A stretch of 64,000 nt of DNA, taken from assembly GCF_009914755.1 (NCBI RefSeq), contig NC_060934.1. One strand, given 5' to 3'. The stretch comes from the human T2T-CHM13v2.0 reference genome, Homo sapiens. Every line of letters begins with the position of its first letter. Position 1 is the stretch's first letter. Position numbers and translations under genes: made by a program. A model generated the notes under the pieces. That model saw only the letters and a list, made by a program, of their open reading frames with translations, made no database searches and was not told the origin of the DNA. Below are positions 1-13,290 of the stretch, in pieces.

Positions 1-967
1 GGCCAGCTTGCTTGAGTTGGTTCAGAAACCAGGGGAATCCTGTTGGGAGCCACTCCTCACACACTAGAACCCCCACATTGGCTCTACCCAAAGCTCAATT
101 ACTGCTGGGAGAGGCCTTATGCTCTCATAATGAAGTCATATCTATGGCAAAGATCCTTGAGGCTAACAACTGTGAAATAATTACATGTGCCTCAGAACTG
201 GGAGATCAAGGATTTCCATCCAAAATCCCATGATGCTCTTAAAAAAGGTTTCACTATAAACTGCAGGAGGGGTGGGGAGAGGCGAGATTTCCAAGCCAGG
301 TTGCCATATTTTAATTCCACCTTTTATGTGTTGGCATCATCCCATCTATGTGTATATCTCACTCCATAGACATATTAAAACAACATCAAAGGAGATTAAA
401 AGAGTAACAATTGTCATCCATAATCATATTGCTATAACTAAATTATACCCACATGCATGTATCTGTCTCCCTGTTCAATTATGCAAGCAATATGTGAATG
501 TATTCTCATCATCAGAAATCAAGAAGTATACATTGTAGTCAGAATAAGTACCATGACCACACCAATTCCTGCAAGTTCCCCTCTCTTCTCCTGAAGCAAT
601 GCAGTTGTCAGGTTGGTGTGTATTTTTCCAGAACTTTTCTCTGAATTTATATCAAGTATACACATATAACTATATATTAGTATGTGAATACACACATGCA
701 CACACACAAACAAGCACAAACAAGTAGTATTTATTTTAAGCATTAATGGGATCATATCATGTATTGTCCTGGAGTTTGTTTTTTCTCCCCTTAATAGATC
801 TTGGAGGTCTTTCCATGACACTACAGAAAAAGAGCTACTTCCATCTTTGCAATAGCTATATTACACAGTTTTCCATAATATGGAAACATACTTAAAAAAA
901 AAGTCCCCATTAAAGAACATTTAGTCTCTTGGGTTTCCAATTTTTCAATATTTCAAATAGTGAATAT

Positions 968-1074
968 GCATATATATATATAGAGAGAGTATATATATAT
1001 ATATATATAGTCTATATATATACTATATATAACTGTATCTATATAACTATATATATAACTACATCTATATAACC

Positions 1075-1130
<56 letters not shown>
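968..1130. repeat. compound microsatellite (TA)n/(TG)n/(GA)n
   Basis: Dinucleotide runs seen directly. Confidence 0.95.
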
Positions 1131-1131
<1 letters not shown>

Positions 1132-1169
1132 TTCAGCCTTAAGCACTCTCTCTCTCTCACATGGCTGAT

Positions 1170-1320
1170 CAATCTTTTTATTCATGTCTGCAGACTGTCC
1201 TGCTTGGGGAAATGTCAGCTCCACCAGGGTAAAGATTTTATCTGCTTTTCTCCCTGCTATATCCTGAGTGCCTGGAACAGTGCCTGGCTTAGCACACAAG
1301 AAATATTTGTTGAATGAAGA
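1170..1320 (+). mobile_element. LINE-2 3' end fragment
   Basis: ...cctggaacagtgcctggc...aaatatttgttgaatga matches the L2 3' terminus. Confidence 0.65.
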
Positions 1321-1489
1321 CCAGCAAGGGGAGAACATAGCCGCAAACTATTTTAACAAATAATGCTTGTCTAATGCCTGCATTTTCCAAAGGCACTTTG
1401 ACTCCCTAATCACATTCTACCTGCAGAACAACCGTGGGGGCTCAGTAGATCCTGCGTGGTTAATACCCCATGCTGAATTGTGTTCTCAA

Positions 1490-1705
1490 GTCAGGGCTTA
1501 GGAAACAGACAGAGAAAGGTTCAAATCCTAGCTCTGTCACTTTCTCCGTGTGTCTCTGGAGAATTTACTTAACCTCTGTAAGCTGCAATTTTTTAATCTA
1601 TAAAAAAATGGATATACATACCTTCCCTTGAAGGATTTTATGACAATTAAATGTGTTCTTATATGTGAAGTACCTGAAATACTGTAAGCACTTAATAAAT
1701 GCTTG
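1490..1705 (+). mobile_element. MIR SINE
   Basis: Contains ggttcaaatcctagctctgtcact...ttacttaacctctg and ends in aataaatg, matching the MIR core. Confidence 0.7.
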
Positions 1706-2860
1706 TTCTCTTTTGTCCCTTGCTCAGTATATTCTTTCTACCTGCTCAGGTCAATCACCCATGGCCCTCCTTGTAATGTCTTACTGTCTACCAATTACTG
1801 AAATACCTTACAGTTTTTCCTAAAAAATATCCTGGTATATCAGTTTTCCTCCACCCCACAGGAGTTTCTTGGGAAAGAAACAAAAGAAATATTTTCTTGT
1901 CTGTGTTGTTTAAACATAACATCAGTGGCTTTTTCCTGAGCATTGTATGTTTGGGCACTTATCACGTTCAATAATATTTAGCTGTCTAGTTCCCTAACTG
2001 GTTCTCAAGGGCAAGGACCATGACAGACTCAATTTTTTAACCCTGTTAATTACAGGTCAATTGCAAATTTCCTTATAAATGGTAAATGCTCGATACTGGT
2101 GGAACTAATAAATGATCTGAAAATACTATAAATATCTGATTTTAAGTGATCCCATACGTTCATACTTCTGGGAGCACAGGGACTCCTAACCCACTCTGCT
2201 CTCATGATAGCACCCAAGCTGTCCTGAGTCAGCTTCATCATCCAGTGGTTGATGTGGGGAACTGACCTTTTGTTTCTTTTCCAGTGTTGGGGTTTATGCT
2301 TTTTCCTTCCTCCACACTCAGTCAAATCCCCCTCTGGCAGTCCTTCTCCTGGGTTTACATACCTTTTAAATGTTCTTTTCTTTTCCCTTTGAAATTGCAA
2401 GTTTTCTCACCTCTACTCCCTTCAGATAATTTGAAAGTCAAAAAACAATCAACCCACCCCAACAGGGCTTGAGAAGTTAAACTGTAATGGTCTTATTGTA
2501 AAAGAAAGAGACATTTGGAAATAGTGTCAGATCCAGGGCCATTGTGCCCATGAACCCTGAAAGTCTACCTAAAGGTCTGCATCTAATTCCTTACCCCATC
2601 AGCCCTCCCTGCTTTAAAATTCCTTTCCCCTTGCCAACCGACATTCACTTCTATTTTTCTGTTTTGTTTAACTGTGACGACCTCTATCACAATGTCTGTG
2701 AAGATTTTATTGTACTTATGTATTTACAAGGTTAGTCTTCCTCGGCTAGCTTCTTGAGGGAGGATATCATAGGACTTTTCATTTTTGAATTTCAAATGCG
2801 AACACAGTGTCTGGCAGATAGGAATATTTTTGGGAAAAAAAGAATATTGTTTTCCTCTAA

Positions 2861-3165
<305 letters not shown>

Positions 3166-4183
3166 TCCTCTCATTTTTTTTTTTTTATGACACACAACCA
3201 CTATCACTTAGGAAACACAGTTTTTCCTAAAGAATCTCCTAGTATATCAGTTTTCCTTCACCCACCAAACTTAAAATTCTGTATTTTTATGAGTAGACAT
3301 TGAACAGATTGTTTTGGGTAGCATCTTGACCACCATTTATAACATTGCTTCTGAGAGACCACATTCTGAGTTCCAGAGAGTGGCTAAGAAGGAAACTTTT
3401 GGAATCTTTTTGAAAGCTAAGGCCTTTTACCTTCCTTCCTGACTCAAGCACGGATTCTCGTTACATTCCAAGGGACCCTCACCCCATCAGGAAATGCAGT
3501 GCCTCACTGTGAACGTGGCAGAGTGACAGCATTAAAGAAGAGGGAGGCTGGCAAGCGGTGAGGCCCAGCAGGACCTTAAGATTGTATTACCCATTTAAGG
3601 ATCCAGCCCTCTTGGATGTACCTGCAGCCTGCCTAGGAGGGCCTCTGAGAGGCTGGAATGGAGGGGAGCCAAACCTGGTCTTCCTCTTTGTAAAGCTCCA
3701 GGTGTTGTGTGGCTGGTGTTAGCTCAGCATCTCCTGCTTTTTAGGTCAGTCTTTTGCTACTTCATCTCTCTTGTTTGTTTGTTTGTTTGTTTTTTGATAT
3801 AATATTTGTCCAAGATTCTTTCTTTTTCTTTATGAAGATCTAAACATTTACAGTAAAATACTTTAAAATCTTAGGTTTGATGACTTTTTGCAATTGTATA
3901 CATCCGTGTTACCATCACCCAAATCAAGATATAAAACCATTCCTGGCAGCCCAGAAAGTTTCCCGGGCCTTTCCCAGTCAACCCACTCCAGAGGCAAACA
4001 CCATTCTGAGTTCCATATCCGTAGATTTATTTTGCCGGTTACCTCACATAAACAGACTCACATAGCCTGTTTCTTCCCTTTCAGTCACTAAAACAACAAT
4101 GACAATGTTGTTAGACATATCTAACAATATTAGATGTTAGACAAATGTAATAATAACAATGTATAGGCATAACCTAATTCCTT

Positions 4184-4434
4184 TTTTCTTTTTTTTTGAG
4201 ATGGAGTCTCACTCTATCACCCAGGCTGGAGTGCAGTGTGGTGTGATCTGGGATCACGGCAACCTCCGCCTCCTGGGTTCAAGCTATTCTCCTGCCTCAG
4301 CCTCCTGAGTAACTGGGATTACAGGTGTGTGCCACTACGCCCGGCTAATTTTTTGTATTTTCAGTAGAGCTGGGGTTCACCATGTCAGCTTCCTAAAGTG
4401 CTGGGATTACAGGCATGAGCCACCACACCCAGCC
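4184..4434 (-). mobile_element. AluS with an internal deletion in the left monomer
   Basis: Alu consensus jumps from caccatgt directly to cagcttcctaaagtgctggg; TSD ctaattcctt at 4174-4183 and 4435-4444. Confidence 0.9.
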
Positions 4435-4547
4435 CTAATTCCTTCTTTTTTTTCAGTTAACATCTCAAAATGTTTGGCAGTGGTGACCCCCACATAGGGG
4501 TAATTTGCATGATTGTTATTGACTTCTTTACACATTCTGGCATAATG

Positions 4548-4580
<33 letters not shown>

Positions 4581-4929
4581 CATTTCATGATAATGAGGAA
4601 AAAAAGCTTCTTCATGGGGTAGGAGAGCATAGCTTTTGTGGAGAGGTAAACAAGTGAGATTCAGAATGAGCCTGATGAGGGAGCTTTGGTTGTCCGAGGG
4701 CTGAGAACATCCTTCCCTTGCAGGCTTTTCCTGGTGGCAGGGGACTTCTTACAGTATCTTAAGATCAGAGACCCCTTGAGCCACTTCCTGTCTGCATTCT
4801 TGTTTGTCTCTTTGAACATGGAACTATTTGACCAAAGAATTCCTTCTGCCTCAAATTCTTCCTCTTGGATCTTAGCAAAGAGAAAACATTGTCTAAAGCG
4901 AGAGTTAACTGTACTTTGAAAGTCATGAA

Positions 4930-4961
<32 letters not shown>

Positions 4962-4968
4962 ACACACA
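4930..4968. repeat. (CA)n microsatellite
   Basis: Seen directly; one TA interruption. Confidence 0.95.
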
Positions 4969-5739
4969 GAGCCATACCATTGAAAACCCTTGACCACACA
5001 TTTGAGTTTGAGTGACACAAGTAAGGCAAATGGTAATAGAGCAAAATATAGAGTTATCCATAAAACCTATACACCATGAGTATAGGTCTCTCAGTATCAT
5101 CTGACCACAGATAAGGGGCAACTCCTTGTTCTGTTTCCTTGATGGCTTCGCAGTACAAATGGGTACATACATGGAAAAGGTATGAGTCTCAGAGAGGCAA
5201 TAAATGCAGAAAAAGTTGGGTCCTGAAATAATATGTGCAGGAATACTTAAAACATGAAAAAGAGAAAACTTAGCAATTTCACAACACAATGCAAGGTCTA
5301 ACTTCATTGGTTAAATGGTCCCATATGTGGTAATCTACAAAGCTGGGAGACTTGGAATGGGACAGCCAGGGCTCTGCGCACAATGGATGGGGAGTGAGCA
5401 ACTTGTGCAACCTCGTTGAGTCCATTCCTGCCTCTCTAAGTGGGGTAATAATGACAGTGTCCACCTCACAGGGCTGGTAGGAGAGGTGACTGAAGTGAGG
5501 TATGGTCAGGCTATTTGTAAACCATCCACGCTGTCCATGTGCCAGTAGTCTGTTGTCTCTTTCAGAGTCGGAATAAATGCTCTGGAGGGGATGTGGGATC
5601 CAGACTCTTTATCCTATGGTCATTGACTTTTTGGAGGACTAAAGAGCAAAGTGTTGTCTCCTTCCTCACCCAGTGGCTTCCTCTTTGGGGAAAGGTGGGC
5701 ATTTTGATATGAAATCAGATGTAGGGAAGCGGGGAGAAA

Positions 5740-5935
5740 GAAAAGCTTTTAGAGTCAGAAAGACCCGGGTTGGAATCCAGACGTCCTCATTTACTAGCTG
5801 TGTGTGTGACCTTGGATGAACGTCTTAACATCTTAGAGCCTCCGTTTTCTCATATGGAAAATGGGAATAGACTTCAATGGATTTCTGGGAGGACGAGATG
5901 AAATAAATCCTCGTAATGGGAGCTCAGCACAGTAC
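5740..5935 (+). mobile_element. MIR SINE
   Basis: agagtcagaaagacccgggttggaatcc...tgtgaccttgg...gagcctccgttttctcat matches the MIR core. Confidence 0.75.
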
Positions 5936-8779
5936 GTGGGACTGGTGCCATCAGTGATAGAAATGAATTATCTCTCATGTGAGATGTCCTGGCAGCAGAT
6001 GAGAAATGAAATATAGTCTATCTCGCTTTCAGCACACCCGGGCAGCTGCCCTTTAAACCAGGATCATGGAGACTCAGAGAACAGGGTAGAAATAAGGAAC
6101 GCTGGTGCTAACACAGAATAAAGTTCTCCACTACACCGGGCAGGGACGAGATGGATCACCTGGATGCAGAAAATGCTGCAGACAGGCCAGATGTGCCCAA
6201 GCCCATCTGGGGAAGACCCACATCCACATGGTTGGCACTGCAATCCGCTCCTCATCTGGAAGGCCTGCCATTCTGTACGTGTTCAGAGGCCTCCCAGTGC
6301 TGCCAGGGCCAGAGACTGCAGCCATTGGGGTGAGGGGAGTGGGTTGTTTTATTTTTAGCAACAAGAAGACATTCTCCTCCCTCCTCTGATCTCAGCCCCT
6401 CTACCCACTTCCCAGCTCATCCCAGCAGGTGCCTGGGAGCCCCTTCAGGGACAGAGCCGGGAGGTACTGTCTCTACTTTTCCACACCCACAACAACCTTT
6501 CCCAAGGCTGGGAACTGGACCAGATCCCAAGTGGGCTCTGGGCCTCACTGAACCTCAAGTTTTGCCAGAAGTGGGGAGACTAAACTGCCTGTTCCAGGTT
6601 TTAGCCAAGTTTCTTTGTTTTGTTCTACAAGATGTTCACCAGGTAACCGTTTGGGGGTTTTTGCTTTTGAGAAATAAACAGCCCACGGCATCCTGACAGT
6701 CTCCTCTCCCTCTTGCCCTTTTGCTGAGCCTACCCTCCCTACCTCCCCACCTCACCAGCCCAATTTCCTTCCCCAGCTCCCAAGCTTCTGAGTTAGCAGC
6801 CTCCTGTTTATTAAGCTGTAAAGTTAGGACGGTTCTCATTTCTGATCTTTTCTTTGGCTACACCTGACTTCGTCTCTTTTTTTCTTTTTTCCCCCCACCT
6901 CCCTAAACTAAATCACTTGCGCGGTTCTTGCCTTTTAACGGAGCGATAACGTGAGGACATCTGAAATTCCGACTTTATTTTCCTCCAGCACACCTGGCCC
7001 CTGCCCTCCAACGGGAACTCCCGACTGCTTGCTTATTTTAGCTCTCAATTGGTATTAAAAGCAGACTGTAGTTGGGACCATCTGATCTGTAAACGATGCA
7101 AGCCCTAGACAGCTTTTCCCAGTCCGGGGTAGGGACGGGCGGCCGCGAGCTGGGGCAGAGGACCTGCGGGAGCCCGCGCAGCGCCTCCGCTCTGCCAGGC
7201 CCCTCCGCATCGGGCACCCAGGCTGGAGCCCTGCAGTTTGTCGTCTGGAGCCCGGAACCCGAGGTGAAAGGCCTCCGCTGAGCTCCCAGACTCCTCAGCC
7301 GAGCATATGCTGCACTCCTCACATTCATTTTTAATTCATGACATCAGTTTAGGGATCACTAGAGCCTCTAAACAGCCTCTCTCAAAACCAAAACAACCAC
7401 CATAACACAAGCGAGGACAGGAGACGGCCGCGGAGTCCAGAACATCAGAACATCGGCTCCTCTGTCCCCGGGGAATAAACATTTGGAAAATCACTTTCCA
7501 ATGGGGACCTGCTGTCCCTCACAGCAGCTACCTTCCCCCCAACTTTGTCCTAGAGCCGACAGTGGACTCCAGGGTATTTTGCTATAAAGACATAGCTGGT
7601 TTCAAAGTGGCTTCGATTAGGACTTTATAAAGTTACATTAAAATGATCAAATGCATACTTGGAGATTAAAGGTTCTCCCAAATACATTCACACACACACA
7701 CATCTAGAATTGTATACAACATACATTGTATAATAATATATGATAAAACATTGTTAGATAAGTAATATAACAACATTATATCGGAACTGGATGTTAAATA
7801 TTAATTTATGATATGAAACCACATAATACATATTTATATGTTAAACAGCATATAATACAAACGGAACATCTATGTTATAGATGGTACATAGGAGACATCG
7901 TGTCCTCTGAAATAGCCCAGGTACCGATCTGCTCCTTGTCGCCGAGCACCAGCTCAGTACAAGGCGCTGGAGGGGAAGGAGGGAAGCACATCAGCGTCTC
8001 CTCATAGTGATGCAGCCACCCCAGCCCTCACCCTATCCCAGTTCCCCACGCGCCCACGTGCCTTTGGGGTGGATGAAAAGATCTCAAACGACCAGCTCCT
8101 CATTGGGGTAAAGGAGTGAAGAGATTATCTCTGATAGAGGTCAAACTCCAATTGGGAGGAGGGCACCAATTCTGTAAATGACACCCGAGGGCACACTCAC
8201 CAGGTTCACTGCAAGCCCTGAGCGTTTTGCGTTTGGTGCCCCGAGTGTAAGCCTAAGTATTCTGTCTCCGACACGTAAAACAACTTAAAGTGCCATTTTC
8301 CAACGGAGGCATTTAGAGGCAATTTGAAAATTGAAACGAATCTTTATATGCAAGACTGGAACGTTCCAGAGGCCCTTTAAAGCTGCGGTTAGAAAGGCAG
8401 TTAGGGAACTCAATGATGGGCTGGAAGGAGACGATTGAACGCACAGCCAAATGCACAGTTAGAAATTTGATATTAAACACGCTCTCTCAAGTAATGCAGT
8501 TTAATGATAATTGCTGCGTGTTTACTCTTCACTGGTTGGGGAAATAGAAGAAACATTTTGACAGAAAAGTTACCCTAAAGAGTTACACCATTTACAAGGG
8601 GAAAATATCTCGGTGGCCGCTGCTGGCTTACTAGCAACCCAAAACAGTGTGTGGGGGGAATTAGTTTTTCTCCAGAGCTACCGAGAAGGGGAACCTCAAC
8701 ATCAAGTGTCTGGCAGATGGGAGTGTGTGTTAAGCGAGGGCTGTTTTCGTTGGGAACGCACAGCACAGCTCCCTTCCTC

Positions 8780-10290
8780 AGAGCCACCTCCAGACCCCTC
8801 GGCCCTCCCACGACCCCCAGTTCCCGGGTCCGAGGTTCTGGGCGCCAGCGGCGGCCACCGCGCCGCGCGAGCAGCTTTTATTCGCACTCTCTTTAACTCG
8901 CCCTTTCTGGTTCTCTTCCCTTCGAGCGCCCTGCAGCGGAGTGTTAGACAAGCCCTGTTGTCTGTGGGCTCTCACCTCAGAGTCAATATTATCTCAGATG
9001 GGTACAATAGACTGGAATGAAAAGCTAATATTGAATCAATGCTGTCCCTGTCCGCGCCGCTGCGATGCCACCCTTTGTTGCGCACGCCGCCCCCGGCAAG
9101 CTGCTGGCGGCCGGGGCTAAGCGGAGGGCGGCCGCGGTCGGGCCTCTCCGGGTCCACGCCAGGGGTGGGAGGACACTTCGGGCCCAGCGTAGAGGAGGCC
9201 TCCGAGGCCCAAGCGGGCTTCGGCTGCTGCGAGTCCCCAGAGGCTCCCTCGGGCCTCACTCGCGGTGTCTCCTCCAGACGCCAGGGGCAGGCCACGAAGC
9301 CGAGGGCTCCGCGTGGCCGTGGGAGAAGCGGGGTGCACGGAGCCTTCCCGCGCCCAGACGCCGAGGGGATGCAAACAGGGGAGCCGGGCCTGGTATGGCC
9401 AACCTCCAGGATCGAGGGGCCCCAGAATGTGCGTGTGGCCGGGGGCGGGGGCAGCTGCGGGGGCCAGAACTAGAGTATTCCTTCGCTCTCCCCTGGGGGC
9501 CGGGCCCCCACGAGTTGCAGCAGAGCCCGTCTGTAATTAGGGCCTCCTGGTCCGGCAAAGCTGCGGCTGCTCCCAGAGAGAGTTGGGGTCTTCTCAGGGC
9601 CCGCGATGGGGGAGTGGTCGTGGTCAGACCCCCGTGAGCCCCTTCGGAAGGTCCCAGTCCCTGTCCATTCTTCTGTCCCGCAGCTCTCTCCGCGCAGGCG
9701 GGGCAGAGCCGGGGAAGAAGACGCTGGACGAGGGGTCTTGGGGCCGCCTCGCTGGCTGCGGTTGGAAGCACCCGTTTTCCCGCCCGCCCGCGCAGGCGCT
9801 GCTCTGTGGCCACCAGCAGAGGTTTCCCGGCCGCTGTGAGTCGCCCACGCGAGCGACGTGGGGATACGGGGCGCACGGAGTCTCAGCTGCCGCCACGCAG
9901 CGCTTGCCCTGCCCGAGCTTCGGCTCACTGGCAGCGGCGAGGCCACCGACCACCCTCCGCCTTCCAGTCCTAAACTCGGGGCTGGAGACCGCAGGAGCTA
10001 AACCAGGAAGAAGAAAGAGGGCAGGGCCTGAGGCCGGGAAGAGCGGCCCGGGGGTCAACGGTGAGCGGGTGCATACGAGGCAAGAGCCAGAGTGACATTA
10101 AGTGGGGCCGCCCGGGCAAACCTTGCGCGTGCACCCCGGCCCACCTGCAGGGCATTCTCCCCTGCCTTTTCTCCTTGGCTTGAGTGCGGGCGGCTGACTC
10201 CTGTGGGCGGGGAGGAGAGGGTGGTCTTCCCAGGGCTCCAAGTGGAGTGATCACTGCACCCATGGCCAGGAGGTGGGGGTGCGCGGAGTG
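8780..10290. promoter_or_regulatory. CpG island (upstream satellite 1)
   Basis: Very GC-rich with undepleted CpG (many CGCG/GCGC), in contrast to the flanks. Confidence 0.85.
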
Positions 10291-11199
10291 ATTTTTGTAA
10301 CTTCCCTGAGCCTCAGTTTTCTCATCTGAAAAGTGGGTATCACGACTGTTTCCCTGACCACACCAGGTTGTGATGTTCACTGAAATCATGGGCTTGAGCA
10401 CACATACTTTTAAAAAATTGCTAAAACTCGATACAGGTGAGAGGAATTGTTAGTTTTCTTGTAAGTCTTGCCCCAATCCTCCCCATATTTCAAGGAGGGC
10501 CGCAGAGTCCAAAATAAAAAACCTCCAGTTTCCTTTTTTTCCTCAGTTGGCTGGATTTCCCCTCCAAGCCCCAGCCCAGCCCCCACGTCCAGAAAATGGG
10601 GAAGTATTAAAGGAAGAGACGATTAAGCCCCTGAGAGTGTGGCTCCTGGGACGCCAGCGTTTCAGAAGTAGCATAGGCTCCTAGATGGACGCTGACAAAC
10701 CCAAGTAGCGCCTTACATTGTCGGGCGAGGACCAGACTCCAAGTTAAAAGGCCGGCCGGGCTATCAGTGGCAGAGAGCAGAGCCTCAAACACGAAAAGCC
10801 AGAAAGCGCTACAGAGGCGTGGAAGGTGCGCCCCGCTTCGCTCCCCATGCTGGTCCTCTGGGAACTCAGGAGCCGGTGCACGCTCTGGTGGGCTCATAGA
10901 GATGTAGCTTTGGGGGCGATGGGAAGGACTTGCCACGCTCCCACCCACCCTCCATCCCGAGAGAGTGCAAGGGAGACGCAACTGTCTTCATCCCTATCCC
11001 GGGCTGGCGCCCGAACTAGAGAGTGTACTTCTTCCCTAGCTCCTGCACCACCGTCTGTGTGTACGTCTGTCTGTCCCTCCCAGTCCTTGCTCGGTCCTAG
11101 GCTTTCATTTGAAGGCAGCTGAGGGAGAAAGAAACTGCAAACCCCTTTGGTTCTGTTTCCTTGCTTTCAATAATGAATCGAGACAGCGTGTGTGTGGTG

Positions 11200-12560
11200 A
11201 GGGAGTGACGAGTTTCAACGTGATGAAGGAGATAAAACCCGACGGTGGGGTCCTGCCAGTGGCTCCATGCGTCACTGAAACATTGGGTCTCAAAACGGAT
11301 AGATCTCCGGAGACGCAGAGGTTCGCGCGGATGTCCAGAGGAGGACAGCGCCCCTGCAGCCACCCGCGGAGCCCAGGGCCAGGGTCAAAACCCTGCCGCA
11401 AGGGCTCGGAGCTCCAAGCAGTTATGCTGAGGGCGCCGGTCCCAGGCCGCCTTGCTATGACACGGGTTTCCAGTGAAGCCCAAGCGGATTCCACGGCCCC
11501 ACATCACCGGAGGAGCCAGGCTGCCCCGGGATGGATGGGGTCCGCGCGCTCCGAGAGGAATGGGCTAGTCAATGTGCGCTGCTAGGAGTGTGTGGTAATC
11601 AATCGCCACCCCTGCCAAAACCAAGGACCCCCTGTGTCGGGCGTCTTCAGCCAGCCGCGAGGGGGCGCGGATCTGAGAGAGTCGCACCCCGGGACCCCAG
11701 CTCTTCCTACTCCACCCCAGGCAGGGCCCGCGCAGGCCGTCCCAGGCCTGTTCTCTGAACCACCTGGGTTGGGCCGGGAGATATGGGACCTCAGGCATGG
11801 AATTGTGGCTGCACAGGTGATCACGGCTTCCTAGTCCTTCTTAGAGCAGAACCTGTCCCACTCCAGCCCACCTCTGCGCCCCCTTCGGAAGGAAGCCTAC
11901 TGGAGCTGGAATTCCAGCGTGGGTGGCGAACTCTCAAGCCAAGAGCTGGAGCTGATGGAGGCAGGAGGGACGCACTTCCAAGCCATCCGGGCTCCTCCGT
12001 AGCCAGTGAGCCTCCTTTAACCCCTCCACTGGCCTGGATGACGGCCTAGGCGAGACTTTGGCAGTGTGGCGCGACCCCAGCGCTCCCCCGCCCTCGGGCT
12101 CGGGGGCGCGGTGGGTACCGCGCCCGCGCCCGGCCCTCGCCACTAGGCGCCGCTGCGCTCACGCCGATCGGGGCCCCGGGTCGCCGCGCCCGCCTGGCGA
12201 GAGGCCTCTGGGGAAGACGCCAGAAAGGGATTTGTCGTAATAATTTTTAAAAAATGTTTTTAGGGCATTAATTATACTTTTCGTTTTCTCACCGCCACCC
12301 TGCGCGTTCGGAGAGGCCGGCGTGACTGGGGATCTCAGTGGGTTGGAGGAATTCTTAACGCCCCCGAGGCCTTTCCAACTCGGGACACCATTCTCGCGCC
12401 TCGGGCCGGGAAAGGGCTCGCCCTTCACGGGCGTCGGTGCGGTCCGCGGCGAGCCGCGGGAGCACAGGGCGGGCTCAGCATTCTGGTTCAACGTGAGGAC
12501 CAGAACCTCGGCGATCAGGGACCAGGACGTGGCAGAGTGCAGCGGGTAGCTTCGACGGCA
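11200..12560. promoter_or_regulatory. CpG island (upstream satellite 2)
   Basis: High GC and CpG density, especially 12050-12560. Confidence 0.8.
11655..11668 (+). promoter_or_regulatory. candidate CTCF site
   Basis: CCGCGAGGGGGCGC closely matches the CTCF core consensus. Confidence 0.5.
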
Positions 12561-13099
12561 CAAGGCCATGGCCTAGCAATAACTAAAATGTGATGAACGC
12601 TAACAGTGTGCTAAATATGAGCTCACTCACTCTCTCAACAACCGTTAACACATCGCTATTTCCTTTTCACAGATGAGTCAACCGTGGCTTAAGAAGGTGA
12701 AAGTAACACAGGTGGTGACCCCAGACAGCTCCCACACACCTATTCTCAGTTGCAGGAGGCCATGCACCCACCCCAGGTACCTCACAGGCCTAGCACGGAG
12801 CGCAGCTATAGTGAAGCACTGCCCTTTGCTCCTTTGAAGCCCGGGGGCACCTTGCAGGAAACTCCTAGCAGATGCTTATCAGAGATCCCCAGGAGTCTCC
12901 GCCCTTTGACACCAACCAAGGAGCCAGGACTCCAGGCCTTGCTCACCCCAAAATCTCCCTAGAAAAGCTCTCAGCTTTTGGGGGAGCACGGAGGAGTGTG
13001 GCAGGAGTGTCAGCATTAGCTGATGTTTGTACAGCTATATTGTTCACAGACTCTGAAACCCAGTAACAAGCCTTGGAGGTGGGTATGTAATAGCAGCAT

Positions 13100-13290
13100 C
13101 AAGGACAGGAGCAAACTTTTATTGTAGTTCATTATGTGCCAGACACTGTCTAAGCACTTTACTTTGTTTATCTCATTGAACAAACCCAGAGCAAAGGTAC
13201 TATATTATTTATTCCCATTTCAGAGAAGAGAAAACCGAGGCAGAGAGAAGTTAGGTAACTTGCCCAAGGTCACACAGTTAAGCTGTAAAT
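13100..13290 (-). mobile_element. MIR SINE
   Basis: cccatttcagagaagagaaaaccgaggcagagagaagttaggtaacttgcccaaggtcacacag is the MIR core in reverse. Confidence 0.8.

Noticed and set aside
6028-6050. REST/NRSE-like TTCAGCACACCCGGGCAGCTGCC (also a half site near 42378)
   Set aside because: Spacing and core mismatches relative to the RE1 consensus; too weak to call.
8600-12570. Many 100-200 aa Pro/Arg/Gly-rich ORFs in the CpG islands (also at 26.4-29 kb)
   Set aside because: Expected from stop-codon scarcity in GC-rich DNA; overlapping on both strands with no recognisable domains.
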